Source: Micrococcus luteus NCTC 2665
GTDB taxonomy: Bacteria > Actinomycetota > Actinomycetes > Actinomycetales > Micrococcaceae
Assembly: GCF_000023205.1 (NCBI RefSeq)
Contig: NC_012803.1
Span: forward strand, 2,190,001-2,222,000
Reading direction: 5' to 3'
Length of the DNA: 32,000 nt
The notes beneath the pieces were generated by a model that was not told the origin of the DNA, did no database searches, and was given only the letters and a program-made list of their open reading frames with translations. Below, piece after piece: positions 1 to 8,800 of this stretch; position 1 is the first letter of the stretch; the number at the start of each line of letters is the position of its first letter. The position numbers were made by a program, and so were the translations under genes.

Positions 1-942
1 ACGGTGCTCACCTTTGAGGACGCGCGCACCCCCGAGGTGCACAGCGTCGAGGCGTTCGGTCCGGTCACCTCGGTGATCGGCTACACGGACGTGGCCGACG
101 CCGTGGCCCTGGCCACCCTGGGTTCGGGGTCGCTCGTGGCCACGGTCGCCACGAACGACGGTGAGATCGCCCGCGCGTTCGCCGCCGGGATCGGCGCCCA
201 CCACGGCCGCGTGCATGTCCTGAACCGCCAGACCGCCGCGACCACCACGGGCCATGGCGCCCCCGTGCCGGTGCTGATCCATGGCGGCCCCGGCCGCGCC
301 GGCGGCGGCGAGGAGCTCGGCGGGGTCCGCGCCGTGAAGCACTACATGCAGCGCACGGCGATCCAGGGCTCCCCGGACATGCTCACGGCCATCACCGGCG
401 TGTGGCATCAGGGCGCCGCGGCCCACACGGTGACCCGCGAGGACGTGGAGGCCGGCACGGCCGTGCACCCGTTCTACAAGTCCCTGGCCGAGCTGACGGT
501 GGGCGACCAGTTCGCCTCCGGCCTGCGCACCGTCACCCTGGAGGACATCACCGCCTTCGCGGAGGAGACCGGGGACAGGTTCTACGCCCACACGGACGAG
601 GAGGCCGCCATGGCCAACCCGTTCTTCCCGCGCCGGGTGGCCCACGGCTACCTGCTGGTCTCGTGGGCCGCGGGGCTGTTCGTGGCCCCGGATCCGGGCC
701 CGGTGCTGGCCAACTACGGCCTGGAGAACCTGCGCTTCATCACGCCGGTGACCTACGACGACGCCATCCGCGTGACCCTGACCGCCAAGCGCATCACCCC
801 GCGCGTGAGCGACGAGTACGGCGAGGTGGTCTGGGACTGCCGGATCCACAACCAGAAGGACGAGCTCTGCGCCCAGTACGACGTGCTGACGCTCGTGGCC
901 AAGACCTGGCCGATGGCCTCGTCCGAGACCTCCCAGGGCTGA
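1..942 (+). CDS. paaZ: PaaZ C-terminal part (aldehyde dehydrogenase fused to MaoC-type hydratase; oxepin-CoA hydrolase). The 5' end lies outside the window.
   Basis: The ORF is open to the window edge in the frame of 4..942. The hot-dog/MaoC segment [37 protein letters not shown]...[14 protein letters not shown]...LTLVA parallels the E. coli PaaZ C-terminus as I recall it. paaK, paaI and a TetR gene are neighbours. Confidence 0.8.
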
Positions 943-1072
943 GCCCCCCTGCGCCGTCCCGTGCGCCCGCTGCGCGCCGGGCGGCCCGTCGTCGTCCCCG
1001 GGAACAAGGAGCGTGCCCGGGACGTTCACCTGTACGTCCCATTCGGACCGCGAGAGAAGAAGGTCGACACAC

Positions 1073-2005
1073 ATGTCCGAGTTCACCCGTTTCGAGCAGG
1101 TCGCCGTGCTGGGCACCGGCGTGCTGGGTTCGCAGATCATCATGCAGGCGGCGTACCACGGCAAGAAGGTGATGGCCTACGACGCCGTCCCCGCCGCCCT
1201 CGAGGGGATCGAGCGCCGCTGGGCGTGGATCCGCCAAGGCTACGAAGCAGACCTCGGGGAGGGCTACGACCCGCAGCGCTTCGACGAGGCCATCGCCCGC
1301 ATCACGCCGACCTCCGACCTCGGCGAGGCCCTGGCGGATGCGGACATCGTGATCGAGGCCGTCCCGGAGAACCTGGAGCTCAAGCGCAAGGTGTGGGCCC
1401 AGGTGGGCGAGCTCGCCCCCGCCACGACCCTGTTCGCCACGAACACCTCCTCCCTGCTGCCCTCGGACTTCGCCGACGCCAGCGGCCATCCGGAGCGCTT
1501 CCTGGCCCTGCACTACGCCAACCGCATCTGGGCGCAGAACACCGCCGAGGTCATGGGCACCGCCGCCACCTCGCCGGAGGCCGTCGCGGGAGCCCTGCAG
1601 TTCGCCGAGGAGACCGGCATGGTCCCCGTGCACGTGCGCAAGGAGATCCCGGGCTACTTCCTCAACTCCCTGCTCATCCCGTGGCTGCAGGCCGGCTCCA
1701 AGCTGTACATGCACGGAGTGGGCAACCCGGCGGACATCGACCGCACCTGGCGCGTGGCCACCGGCAACGAGCGCGGCCCGTTCCAGACCTACGACATCGT
1801 GGGCTTCCACGTGGCCGCCAACGTCTCCCGCAACACGGGCGTCGACTGGCAGCTCGGCTTCGCTGAGCTGCTCGAGAAGAGCATCGCCGAGGGCCACAGC
1901 GGCGTGGCTGACGGCCAGGGCTTCTACCGCTACGGGCCGGACGGGGAGAACCTCGGCCCGGTGGAGGACTGGAACCTGGGCGACAAGGACACCCCGCTCG
2001 GCTGA
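1073..2005 (+). CDS. NAD-dependent 3-hydroxyacyl-CoA dehydrogenase (PaaH-like)
   Basis: Internal ATG of ORF 1013..2005, preceded by the purine-rich GAGAGAAGAAGG. N-terminal Rossmann motif [13 protein letters not shown]. The length and the paa-cluster context fit the family. Confidence 0.75.
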
Positions 2006-2108
2006 CCTCCTCCGCTGACGGATCAGGGGCCGTCCGGTGCGCATCACGCACCGGGCGGCCCCGACGCATGCCCCCGCCGCTTCCTTGTGGCATCCGTCAC
2101 AGCGCACG

Positions 2109-2114
2109 TAGAGT
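2109..2114 (+). promoter_or_regulatory. Candidate -10 hexamer TAGAGT, 6 nt upstream of ATG 2121 (leaderless-type promoter). TTGTGG at 2085-2090 is a possible -35 with an 18-nt spacer.
   Basis: TANNNT is read directly. No Shine-Dalgarno sequence lies between it and the ATG. Confidence 0.4.
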
Positions 2115-2120
2115 CGGGCC

Positions 2121-3038
2121 ATGACGACCTCCCGACTCCCCCTGCTCGGCGCCCTCGCCGTGGGCGCGCTCGCCCTCGCCGGGTGCGCGGGCGGCGGCGG
2201 TGCGGAGCCCTCCTCCCCCGCCCCCTCGTCGGTGTCGTCCACGACGACGGCGGCCTCGTCCGCGTCCACGTCGCCCGCGGCCAGCACCTCCACGGAGAGC
2301 ACGGCCGGCGCCTCCGCCTCGGGCAGTCTGTCCCTCGAGATGCCCCCCGCGCTGGACGGGCAGCGGACCCTGGCGGTGCAGGCCGCCGTGCAGCGGGCCG
2401 CGGGGCCGGGGTCCGAGGTGGGGCTGAGCGCCGCCTCGCCGCTGGAGCGGCAGACGGAGCTGCGTCAGCGGGCCGCCGGCCTGGAGCAGGCGGTCGACGC
2501 CGGCGCGAGCCCGGCTCCCACCCGCAGCGCGGAACAGCAGGCCTGCCTGGACGCCACCCGCTCCGCCCTGGAGCGGGACGCCGAGGCCGGGGCCGCGGAC
2601 CTGGGGCTCACGGCCCAGCCAGAGACGGCCGCCACCACGGGCGGCGGGCCCACCACGACGCCGGCGCCCTCCTTCACGGCGTCCCCCGACGCCGAGGTCA
2701 CTCCGCTCGGCGTGCGCGTCACCGTGTACCCCACGGAGGAGGCCGCCCGCGCCGCCCTGGAGGACGCCCGGGCGGCGGCGCAGGCCTGCACCGGGGTGGA
2801 CCTGGCCGGGCTCGGCGTGGAGAGCGTGACGCGGACCGAGCACGAGGGCGGCACCGGGTACACGGCGCTCCCGGCCCCGGGGGGGTCCGTCTACGCCCAC
2901 CTCACGGCCGTGCAGGACGGCGCCCGGACCGTGGCCGTGGCCCAGGCCGACGCGGACGGCGGGGTGCCCGCGGACGCCGAGGACCGTGCGGCCTCGATCG
3001 TCACCGACGTGCTCGCCGCGCTCGACGGCGAGGGCTGA
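2121..3038 (+). CDS. Secreted lipoprotein of unknown function, with a low-complexity Ser/Thr/Ala/Pro linker
   Basis: Signal peptide plus lipobox MTTSRLPLLGALAVGALALAGC. Two further Cys residues (QACLDA, QACTG) are compatible with an extracytoplasmic disulfide domain. Confidence 0.65.
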   Translation: MTTSRLPLLGALAVGALALAGCAGGGGAEPSSPAPSSVSSTTTAASSASTSPAASTSTESTAGASASGSLSLEMPPALDGQRTLAVQAAVQRAAGPGSEVGLSAASPLERQTELRQRAAGLEQAVDAGASPAPTRSAEQQACLDATRSALERDAEAGAADLGLTAQPETAATTGGGPTTTPAPSFTASPDAEVTPLGVRVTVYPTEEAARAALEDARAAAQACTGVDLAGLGVESVTRTEHEGGTGYTALPAPGGSVYAHLTAVQDGARTVAVAQADADGGVPADAEDRAASIVTDVLAALDGEG

Positions 3039-3057
3039 GGGCAGAGGGCCCTCAGCC
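3033..3057. terminator. Bidirectional stem-loop between convergent genes (10-bp stem GGCTGAGGGC/GCCCTCAGCC, 5-nt loop)
   Basis: A perfect inverted repeat is read directly. It contains the TGA of the lipoprotein gene (3036-3038) and the TGA complement of the TetR gene (3052-3054). There is no U-tract. Confidence 0.45.
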
Positions 3058-3663
3058 CCGCAGACCCCCGAGCACCACGCCCGTGACGGCGTCGATCATC
3101 TGACCCGGTCCCTGCTGGCCGGGGACACCGCGATCCGGCCGGTACCAGTCGACGATCGAGTTGATCATGCCGAGCGCCAGGCGGGCGAGGTTGCGGGCGG
3201 TCACGTCGGAGCGCACCGCACCCGCGGCCTGGGCGGCCTCGAGCAGGTCGCCCAGACGCCGGGTGATCTCACGACGACGCTCGACGGCGGCCACCTCGAC
3301 CGCCGAGTTCCCGCGCAGGCGCAGCAGCAGGGTCACCTCGGGCTGCTTCTCCGCCAGCACCCCGAGCGTGCCGCGGATGGCCGCCTCGACCTGCGCGCCG
3401 GCGTCGGCCCCGCTGGCCACCACATCGTCCAGGCACGCCTCGAGGGCGTCGAGCGCCTCCGTCACCGCGTGGTCCAGGATCGCCTCCTTGGACTCCACGT
3501 GGTGGTAGATCGCGGACTTGGAGATGCCCAGGTGGGTGGCGAGCATGCCCATGGACGTCGCCTCGTAGCCGTGCCGGTTGAAGAGCTCGACGCACTCGGC
3601 CAGCAGCGTCTGCCGGTCATAGCCGGGCCGGCCGCGGCGCGGGGTGGGGCTGCTCTGGGGCAC
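3052..3663 (-). CDS. TetR-family transcriptional regulator (PaaR-like by context)
   Basis: GTG start at 3663, preceded by GAAGGAG. The N-terminal HTH is LLAECVELFNRHGYEATSMGMLATHLGISKSAIYHHVESKEAIL. It lies directly downstream of paaK on the same strand. The longer ORF 3052..4413 is a high-GC read-through artefact. Confidence 0.8.
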   Translation of the reverse strand: MPQSSPTPRRGRPGYDRQTLLAECVELFNRHGYEATSMGMLATHLGISKSAIYHHVESKEAILDHAVTEALDALEACLDDVVASGADAGAQVEAAIRGTLGVLAEKQPEVTLLLRLRGNSAVEVAAVERRREITRRLGDLLEAAQAAGAVRSDVTARNLARLALGMINSIVDWYRPDRGVPGQQGPGQMIDAVTGVVLGGLRG

Positions 3664-3761
3664 GGGGCTCCTTCGGGGGCGGGCGGACGCCGACGACGAC
3701 GACGGTGCACCGGTCCACTCTACCGGGCACGCCGGCGTCGGGATCGGCCGCGGGGGCGGGA

Positions 3762-5111
3762 TCAGGCCTGGCCGCGCAGGTCGTAGATCCGCTTGAGCTT
3801 GCCGGAGGAGCGGGCCAGGGACTCCGGCTCCACCACGTTGATCACGCACGAGGAGCCGATCTTCGTCTTGATCTCCATGCGCAGGTGCGCGGCGCAGGCC
3901 TGGGCCTCCTCGAGGGTCGCATGATCGCGGCGCTCGATGTTCACGGCCATCTGGTCCATGCGGTCCGGGCGGGTGATCTCGAGGGTGAAGTGCGGCGACA
4001 GGGCCGGCTCCTTGAGGGCCAGCTCCTCGATCTGCGACGGGAACAGGTTCACGCCGCGCAGGATGATCATGTCGTCCGAGCGGCCGGTGATGCGGCCCAT
4101 GCGGCGGTGGCCCGGGTGCGTGGTGCCCGGCAGCAGGCGGGTGAGGTCGTGGGTGCGGTACCGGATGATCGGCAGCGCCTGCTTGGTGAGCGAGGTGAAG
4201 ACGAGCTCGCCGTGGCGGCCGGTCTCGAGGACCTCGTCCGTGAGCGGGTCGATGATCTCGGGGCGGAAGTGGTCCTCCCAGATGTGGGAGCCGTCCTTGG
4301 TGGCCGCGGACTCGCCGGCAACGCCCGGGCCCATGACCTCGGAGAGGCCGTAGATGTCCAGGGCGTCGAGGTCGAAGGTCTGCTCGATCTCGCGGCGCAT
4401 CTCGTCGGTCCACGGCTCGGCGCCGAGGATCGCGACCTCGAGGGAGGACTCGCGGGGGTCCAGGCCGAGCTTCTTGAAGCCGTCGGCGATGGTCAGCAGG
4501 TAGGTGGGCGTGGAGAGGATGGCGCGCGGCTGGAAGTCGGTGATCAGCTGCACCTGCTTCTCCGTCTGCCCGCCGGACATCGGGATCACGGCCGCCCCGA
4601 TGCGCTCGGCGCCGTAGTGGGCGCCGAGGCCGCCGGTGAACAGGCCGTAGCCGTACGCGTTGTGCACGCGGTCACCGGGGCGGATGCCGCCGGCGCGGAA
4701 GCAGCGGGCGACGAGGGTGGCCCACGTGGCCAGGTCGTCGTCGGTGTAGCCGACCACGGTGGGCTGGCCGGTGGTGCCGGAGGAGGCGTGGATGCGGCGC
4801 AGCTCGGGGCCCGTGGCGGCGAATGCGCCGAACGGGTAGCCCTTCCGCAGGAACTCCTTGTCCGTGTAGGGGAACTTGGCGAGGTCCCCGAGCTCCTGAA
4901 AGTCCGAGGGGTGGACGCCGTGCGCGTCGAAGTGCTCGCGGTACGCGGGCACGTTCTCGTAGGCGTGGTGCAGGGTCCAGCGGAGGCGTTCGAACTGGAG
5001 CGCCTCGATCTGGTCCCGGCTCATCGTCTCCTCGGGGTCCGGGGCCCCGCGGTCGGCGGGGGCGGGCAGGGGTGCCGGCGTGTACGGGTTGGGGATCGAG
5101 GCCTCGAGCAT
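3762..5111 (-). CDS. paaK: Phenylacetate-CoA ligase
   Basis: ATG at 5111 preceded by AGGAGA. AMP-binding motif SSGTTGQPT and the tail MIILRGVNLFPSQIEE are typical of PaaK. Length is 449 aa. Confidence 0.9.
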   Translation of the reverse strand: MLEASIPNPYTPAPLPAPADRGAPDPEETMSRDQIEALQFERLRWTLHHAYENVPAYREHFDAHGVHPSDFQELGDLAKFPYTDKEFLRKGYPFGAFAATGPELRRIHASSGTTGQPTVVGYTDDDLATWATLVARCFRAGGIRPGDRVHNAYGYGLFTGGLGAHYGAERIGAAVIPMSGGQTEKQVQLITDFQPRAILSTPTYLLTIADGFKKLGLDPRESSLEVAILGAEPWTDEMRREIEQTFDLDALDIYGLSEVMGPGVAGESAATKDGSHIWEDHFRPEIIDPLTDEVLETGRHGELVFTSLTKQALPIIRYRTHDLTRLLPGTTHPGHRRMGRITGRSDDMIILRGVNLFPSQIEELALKEPALSPHFTLEITRPDRMDQMAVNIERRDHATLEEAQACAAHLRMEIKTKIGSSCVINVVEPESLARSSGKLKRIYDLRGQA

Positions 5112-5182
5112 GGCGTTCTCCTGGGGATGCGGGGTCGGGCGGCGGTCGACGACGGCGGCGCACCGGCGGGTGCGCCCGTCGG

Positions 5183-5599
5183 TCAGCGTCCGGGGGCGGG
5201 GATGGTGCGGGAGCGGCCGCGGAAGGCGGCCACCGAGGTGCCGTCGTCGGTGGTGACGGTGATGTCGTAGACGGCCGAGCGGCCGGTGGCGGCGACCAGG
5301 CGGCCCTCCGCGACGAGGGTCTGCCCGGCGCGGGTGGCCGCGAGGAAGTTGACGTCCACGCCGGAGGCCACGGTGAGGGTCGAGCCGTCCGAGGCGGGGT
5401 CGTTGCAGGTCAGCGCGAAGCACGTGTCCGCGAACGCGAAGACGGCGCCGCCGTGGGCCAGGCCGAAGCCGTTGTGCTGGTCCTCGGTGAGCGTCATCCG
5501 GATGCGCGCGTGGTCCTTCTCGGCGGCCTCGAGGGTGACGCCGAGCCACCGCGCCACGCGGTCCTCGGCGAGCATGGGGTGGTGGGCAGTCTCGGTCAT
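5183..5599 (-). CDS. paaI: Hydroxyphenylacetyl-CoA thioesterase (hot-dog fold)
   Basis: ATG at 5599 preceded by GGGAGG. The motif NGFGLAHGGAVFAFADTCF is typical of PaaI/4HBT thioesterases. It lies upstream of paaK. Confidence 0.85.
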   Translation of the reverse strand: MTETAHHPMLAEDRVARWLGVTLEAAEKDHARIRMTLTEDQHNGFGLAHGGAVFAFADTCFALTCNDPASDGSTLTVASGVDVNFLAATRAGQTLVAEGRLVAATGRSAVYDITVTTDDGTSVAAFRGRSRTIPAPGR

Positions 5600-5643
5600 G
5601 GTCGGGCCTCCCTGCGGGCACGGGCGCGCCGGCGCGGCGGCGC

Positions 5644-5677
5644 AGAGAATTACTGAACGATCATTAGGTAACTCTCT
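5644..5677. promoter_or_regulatory. AT-rich imperfect palindrome upstream of paaI; candidate PaaR (TetR) operator
   Basis: Sequence AGAGAATTACTGAACGATCATTAGGTAACTCTCT. The core TTACTGAACGATCATTAGGTAA is self-complementary at 16 of 22 positions around a central GATC. It sits 45-78 nt upstream of the paaI ATG. A TTGACG hexamer lies further upstream (5690-5695, minus strand). Confidence 0.45.
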
Positions 5678-5795
5678 GGATGTGACCCACGTCAAGTCCG
5701 GTCCGGCGTGTGACGCGCGCCGCACTGTCGCTGCCGGGGCGAGGCGCACCGGGATCCTGTGCGCGGCCCTGCCCATCGCGTCCGCGGCTCCTGTC

Positions 5796-5801
5796 TAGGG
5801 T
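5796..5801 (+). promoter_or_regulatory. Candidate -10 hexamer TAGGGT, 6 nt upstream of ATG 5808
   Basis: TANNNT is read directly. There is no clear Shine-Dalgarno sequence. Confidence 0.35.
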
Positions 5802-5807
5802 GACGGC

Positions 5808-8800
5808 ATGGTGACCTTCGCGCCGGACCGCGCCTCCTTCATGCTCAGCCCCTCGGACATCACCGCCGCCGCGACGTGCACGTACGGGTGGCTGCGCGGG
5901 ACGGTGGACCCCAAGCTCGGACGCGTCCCGCGGATCGGCGTGGCGGACGCGTTCCTGGGGCGGGTCTCCCGCCTCGGGGACGACCACGAGTCCCGGGTGC
6001 TCGCGCGCCTCGAGGCGGAGCACGGCGCGGACCAGGTCGTCCGGCTGGACCGCCCGGAGCGCTACACGCCCGAGGGCGTGCGGGCCGCCCGCGAGCGCAC
6101 CGCGGCGGCGTTGGCCGCGCGCCCCGCCGTCGTGTTCCAGGGGATGCTGCACGACGGCGCGTTCGGCGGCCTGGCCGACTTCCTCGTGCTCCGCACGGAC
6201 GAGGAGCACCCCGAGGGCGCGTACGAGGTGGTGGACACGAAGCTGGCCCGACATGCGCGGGTGACGGCGCTGCTGCAGATCGCCGCGTACGCGGACCTGC
6301 TGGACGGCATGGGCGTGCCGCGGGCGCGGCAGGGCAGCCTGTGGCTCGGGGACGGCTCCCGGCACGTCGCGGACCTGGACGAGGTGATCCCGGTGTACCG
6401 GCACCAGCGCGCCCGGCTGGAGGCGCTGCTGCAGGATCACGTGGCCGCCGGGGAGCCCGCCCGCTGGGGTGACGACCGCCTGAGCGTCTGCGGCGCATGC
6501 GAGGCGTGCGAGGAGGCCGTCACCGAGCACCGGGACGTGCTGCTCACGGCGGGGGCCACGCGGCTGCAGCGCACCCGGCTGCGCGAGGCCGGCATCACGA
6601 CCATCGAGCAGCTCGCGGCGTCCGTCGCACCGCCGGAGGGCATGGCCCGCCGCACGTGGGAGGCACTGCGGGAACAGGCGGCGATCCAGCTGGAGCCGGC
6701 CGGGGCGGACGGGCTGCCGCCGCATCGGATCGTGGACCCGCGGGCCGTGGCGGGGCTGCCCGTGCCGGACGCCGGAGACGTCTTCTTCGACTTCGAGGGG
6801 GACCCGCTGTGGGTCTCCGCGGACGGGAGCATGGAGGGCCTCGAGTATCTGTGGGGCTGGGTCGAGGCGCCGGGCGGGGACACCGCGCGCACCGCCTCGG
6901 CCGACTTCCGGTTCACGGGCCTGTGGGCGGACACCCGTGCCGCCGAGCGGGCGGCGCTCGAGCGGTTCGTGGCGTTCGTGGAGGCGCGGCGCGCGGCCCA
7001 CCCGGGGATGCGGATCTACCACTACGCCGCGTACGAGGTCACCGCGCTGAGACGCCTGACCGTGCGCCACGGCGTGGGCGAGCGCGAGCTGGACGACTGG
7101 CTGCGCGCGGGGCTGTTCGTGGACCTCTACTCCACGGTCCGCGCCGCCCTGCGGGCCGGTGTGCCGAGCTACTCCATCAAGAAGCTGGAGCCCCTCTACA
7201 TGGGGGCGGAGCACCGGGCGGAGGACGGCGTCACGACGGCGGCGGACAGCGTCACCGAGTACCACCGGTACGTCGCCGCGATGGAGGCCGGGGACACCGA
7301 GGTCGCGAGGGCGATCCGCGCCGACATCGAGGACTACAACCGGTACGACTGCGTCTCCACGGCGCGGTTGCGGGACTGGCTGCTGGCGCAGGTCGAGCCC
7401 GAGGAGGCGGCCGTCGCGGACCGTCCCGCCGACGACGCCGCGACCGAGAACGAGCCGCTGGTCGAGGCCGCGCCGTCGCTCCAGGAGCAGGACGCGGCCC
7501 TCGCCGCCTCGCTGCAGGCGCTGGCGGACGGCGAGAGGGACGAGGCGGGCGGGACGGGGGCCCCGGAGGCGGAGCTCGACGGCGGGCGGCGCGGCATCGC
7601 CCTGCTGGCCGCGGGCCTGGGCTACTTCGCGAGGGAGAACAAGCCGCTGTGGTGGGCCATGTTCGATCGGGCGGTGTCCGCCCCGGACGAGTGGCAGGAG
7701 CCGCGCGCGAACCTGGTGTTCGACACCGTCGAGTCGGTGGGTGCATGGGAACGTCCCACCCCGAGGAGCAACCCCGCCCGGACGCTGACCGTGACCGGGC
7801 GCCTCGAGCCGGGCACCGAGGTCCGGCCGCGTCGGAACAGCCAGGAGAGGTTCAAGCTCAATGCCCTGTACGAGCAGCCGCCGCGCTGGGCGGAGCTGGC
7901 CCCCAACGCCGTCCGCTGGCAGAGCCGATCGCCCGTGGACGTGGCCGAGGTGGAGGAGATCGCACCGGGCCGGTTCCGCGTCAACCTGCTGCAGCGCCTC
8001 AGCGCCAAGTACGAGCCGGAACCGCACGCGGAGGTGCCCATGGCGGTGTTCCACCTCAACTATGTCCGGCCCGGTGGCCTCCTCGAACGCATCCGGGAGC
8101 AGGCCGACGCGGCCGCCCGCCGCGGCCGACTGCCGGACGGAGCGGTGTTCGACATCCTGGCGCGCCGTGCCCCGCGCACCACGGGCCGGACCCTCGCCGC
8201 GATCGGGGCGGACGTACGAGACGGCCGGCGGGACGGCGTCGGCGGCCTGGTCGAGGCGGTCGAGTCCGCACGCGGTTCCTACGTGGCCGTGCAGGGCCCT
8301 CCCGGCACCGGCAAGACGTACGTGGGCAGCCGCGCGGTGAAGGAACTCCTGGACCGGGGCTGGACGGTCGGTGTCACGGCCCAGTCCCACGCGGTGGTGG
8401 AGAACTTCCTCGACCAGCTGATCGGCGTCGGTGTGGACCCCGACCGCGTGGGCAAGGAGCCCAAGGACCCGGACGGACCGCACCGCTGGACGTCCCTGAG
8501 CTCATCGGAGGTCCATGCCTTCCTGGCACCGGGCCGGGTCCTGGGCGGCACCGCGTGGACCTTCGCGAACGCCGCGGCCCAGCCGGTCGACCTCCTGGTG
8601 GTGGACGAGGCCGGGCAGCTCTCCCTCGCGCACCTCCTGGGCGCGAGCGCCCTGGCCGAGACGGTGCTGCTGCTGGGTGACCCGCAGCAGCTCCCCCAGG
8701 TCAGCAGGGGCGAGCACCCCCAGCCCATCGGCGACGCGGCCCTGACCTGGATCGCGGAGGGCGCCCCCGTGCTCCGCGCCGACCGCGGCTTCTTCCTGGA

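Noticed and set aside
1019-1040. A palindrome, GGGACGT-N8-ACGTCCC, between paaZ and the dehydrogenase gene. It could be a terminator or operator.
   Set aside because: The stem is only 7 bp, with no U-tract and no similarity to the paaI-upstream palindrome. The support is too weak for a functional call.
794-2302. A 502-aa ORF antisense to the 3-hydroxyacyl-CoA dehydrogenase and lipoprotein genes. Similar very long alternative-frame or antisense ORFs occur at 5664..8483(-), 6497..8680(+), 9595..12540(+), 13235..14515(-), 15583..17058(-), 17845..19479(-), 25766..28225(+), 28695..30101(+) and 30011..31594(+).
   Set aside because: Their translations are Arg/Gly/Pro/Ala-rich low-complexity sequence, typical of stop-codon-poor frames in roughly 70% G+C DNA. 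Each overlaps a gene with clear family motifs on the other strand or frame.
3664-4413. An upstream extension of the TetR ORF (3052..4413), and the similar long extensions of paaK (to 5621), paaI (to 5776) and the CoA-transferase (ORF to 28043).
   Set aside because: The extensions run antisense or out of frame through neighbouring genes. They lack family similarity, and internal starts with good RBS sites exist.
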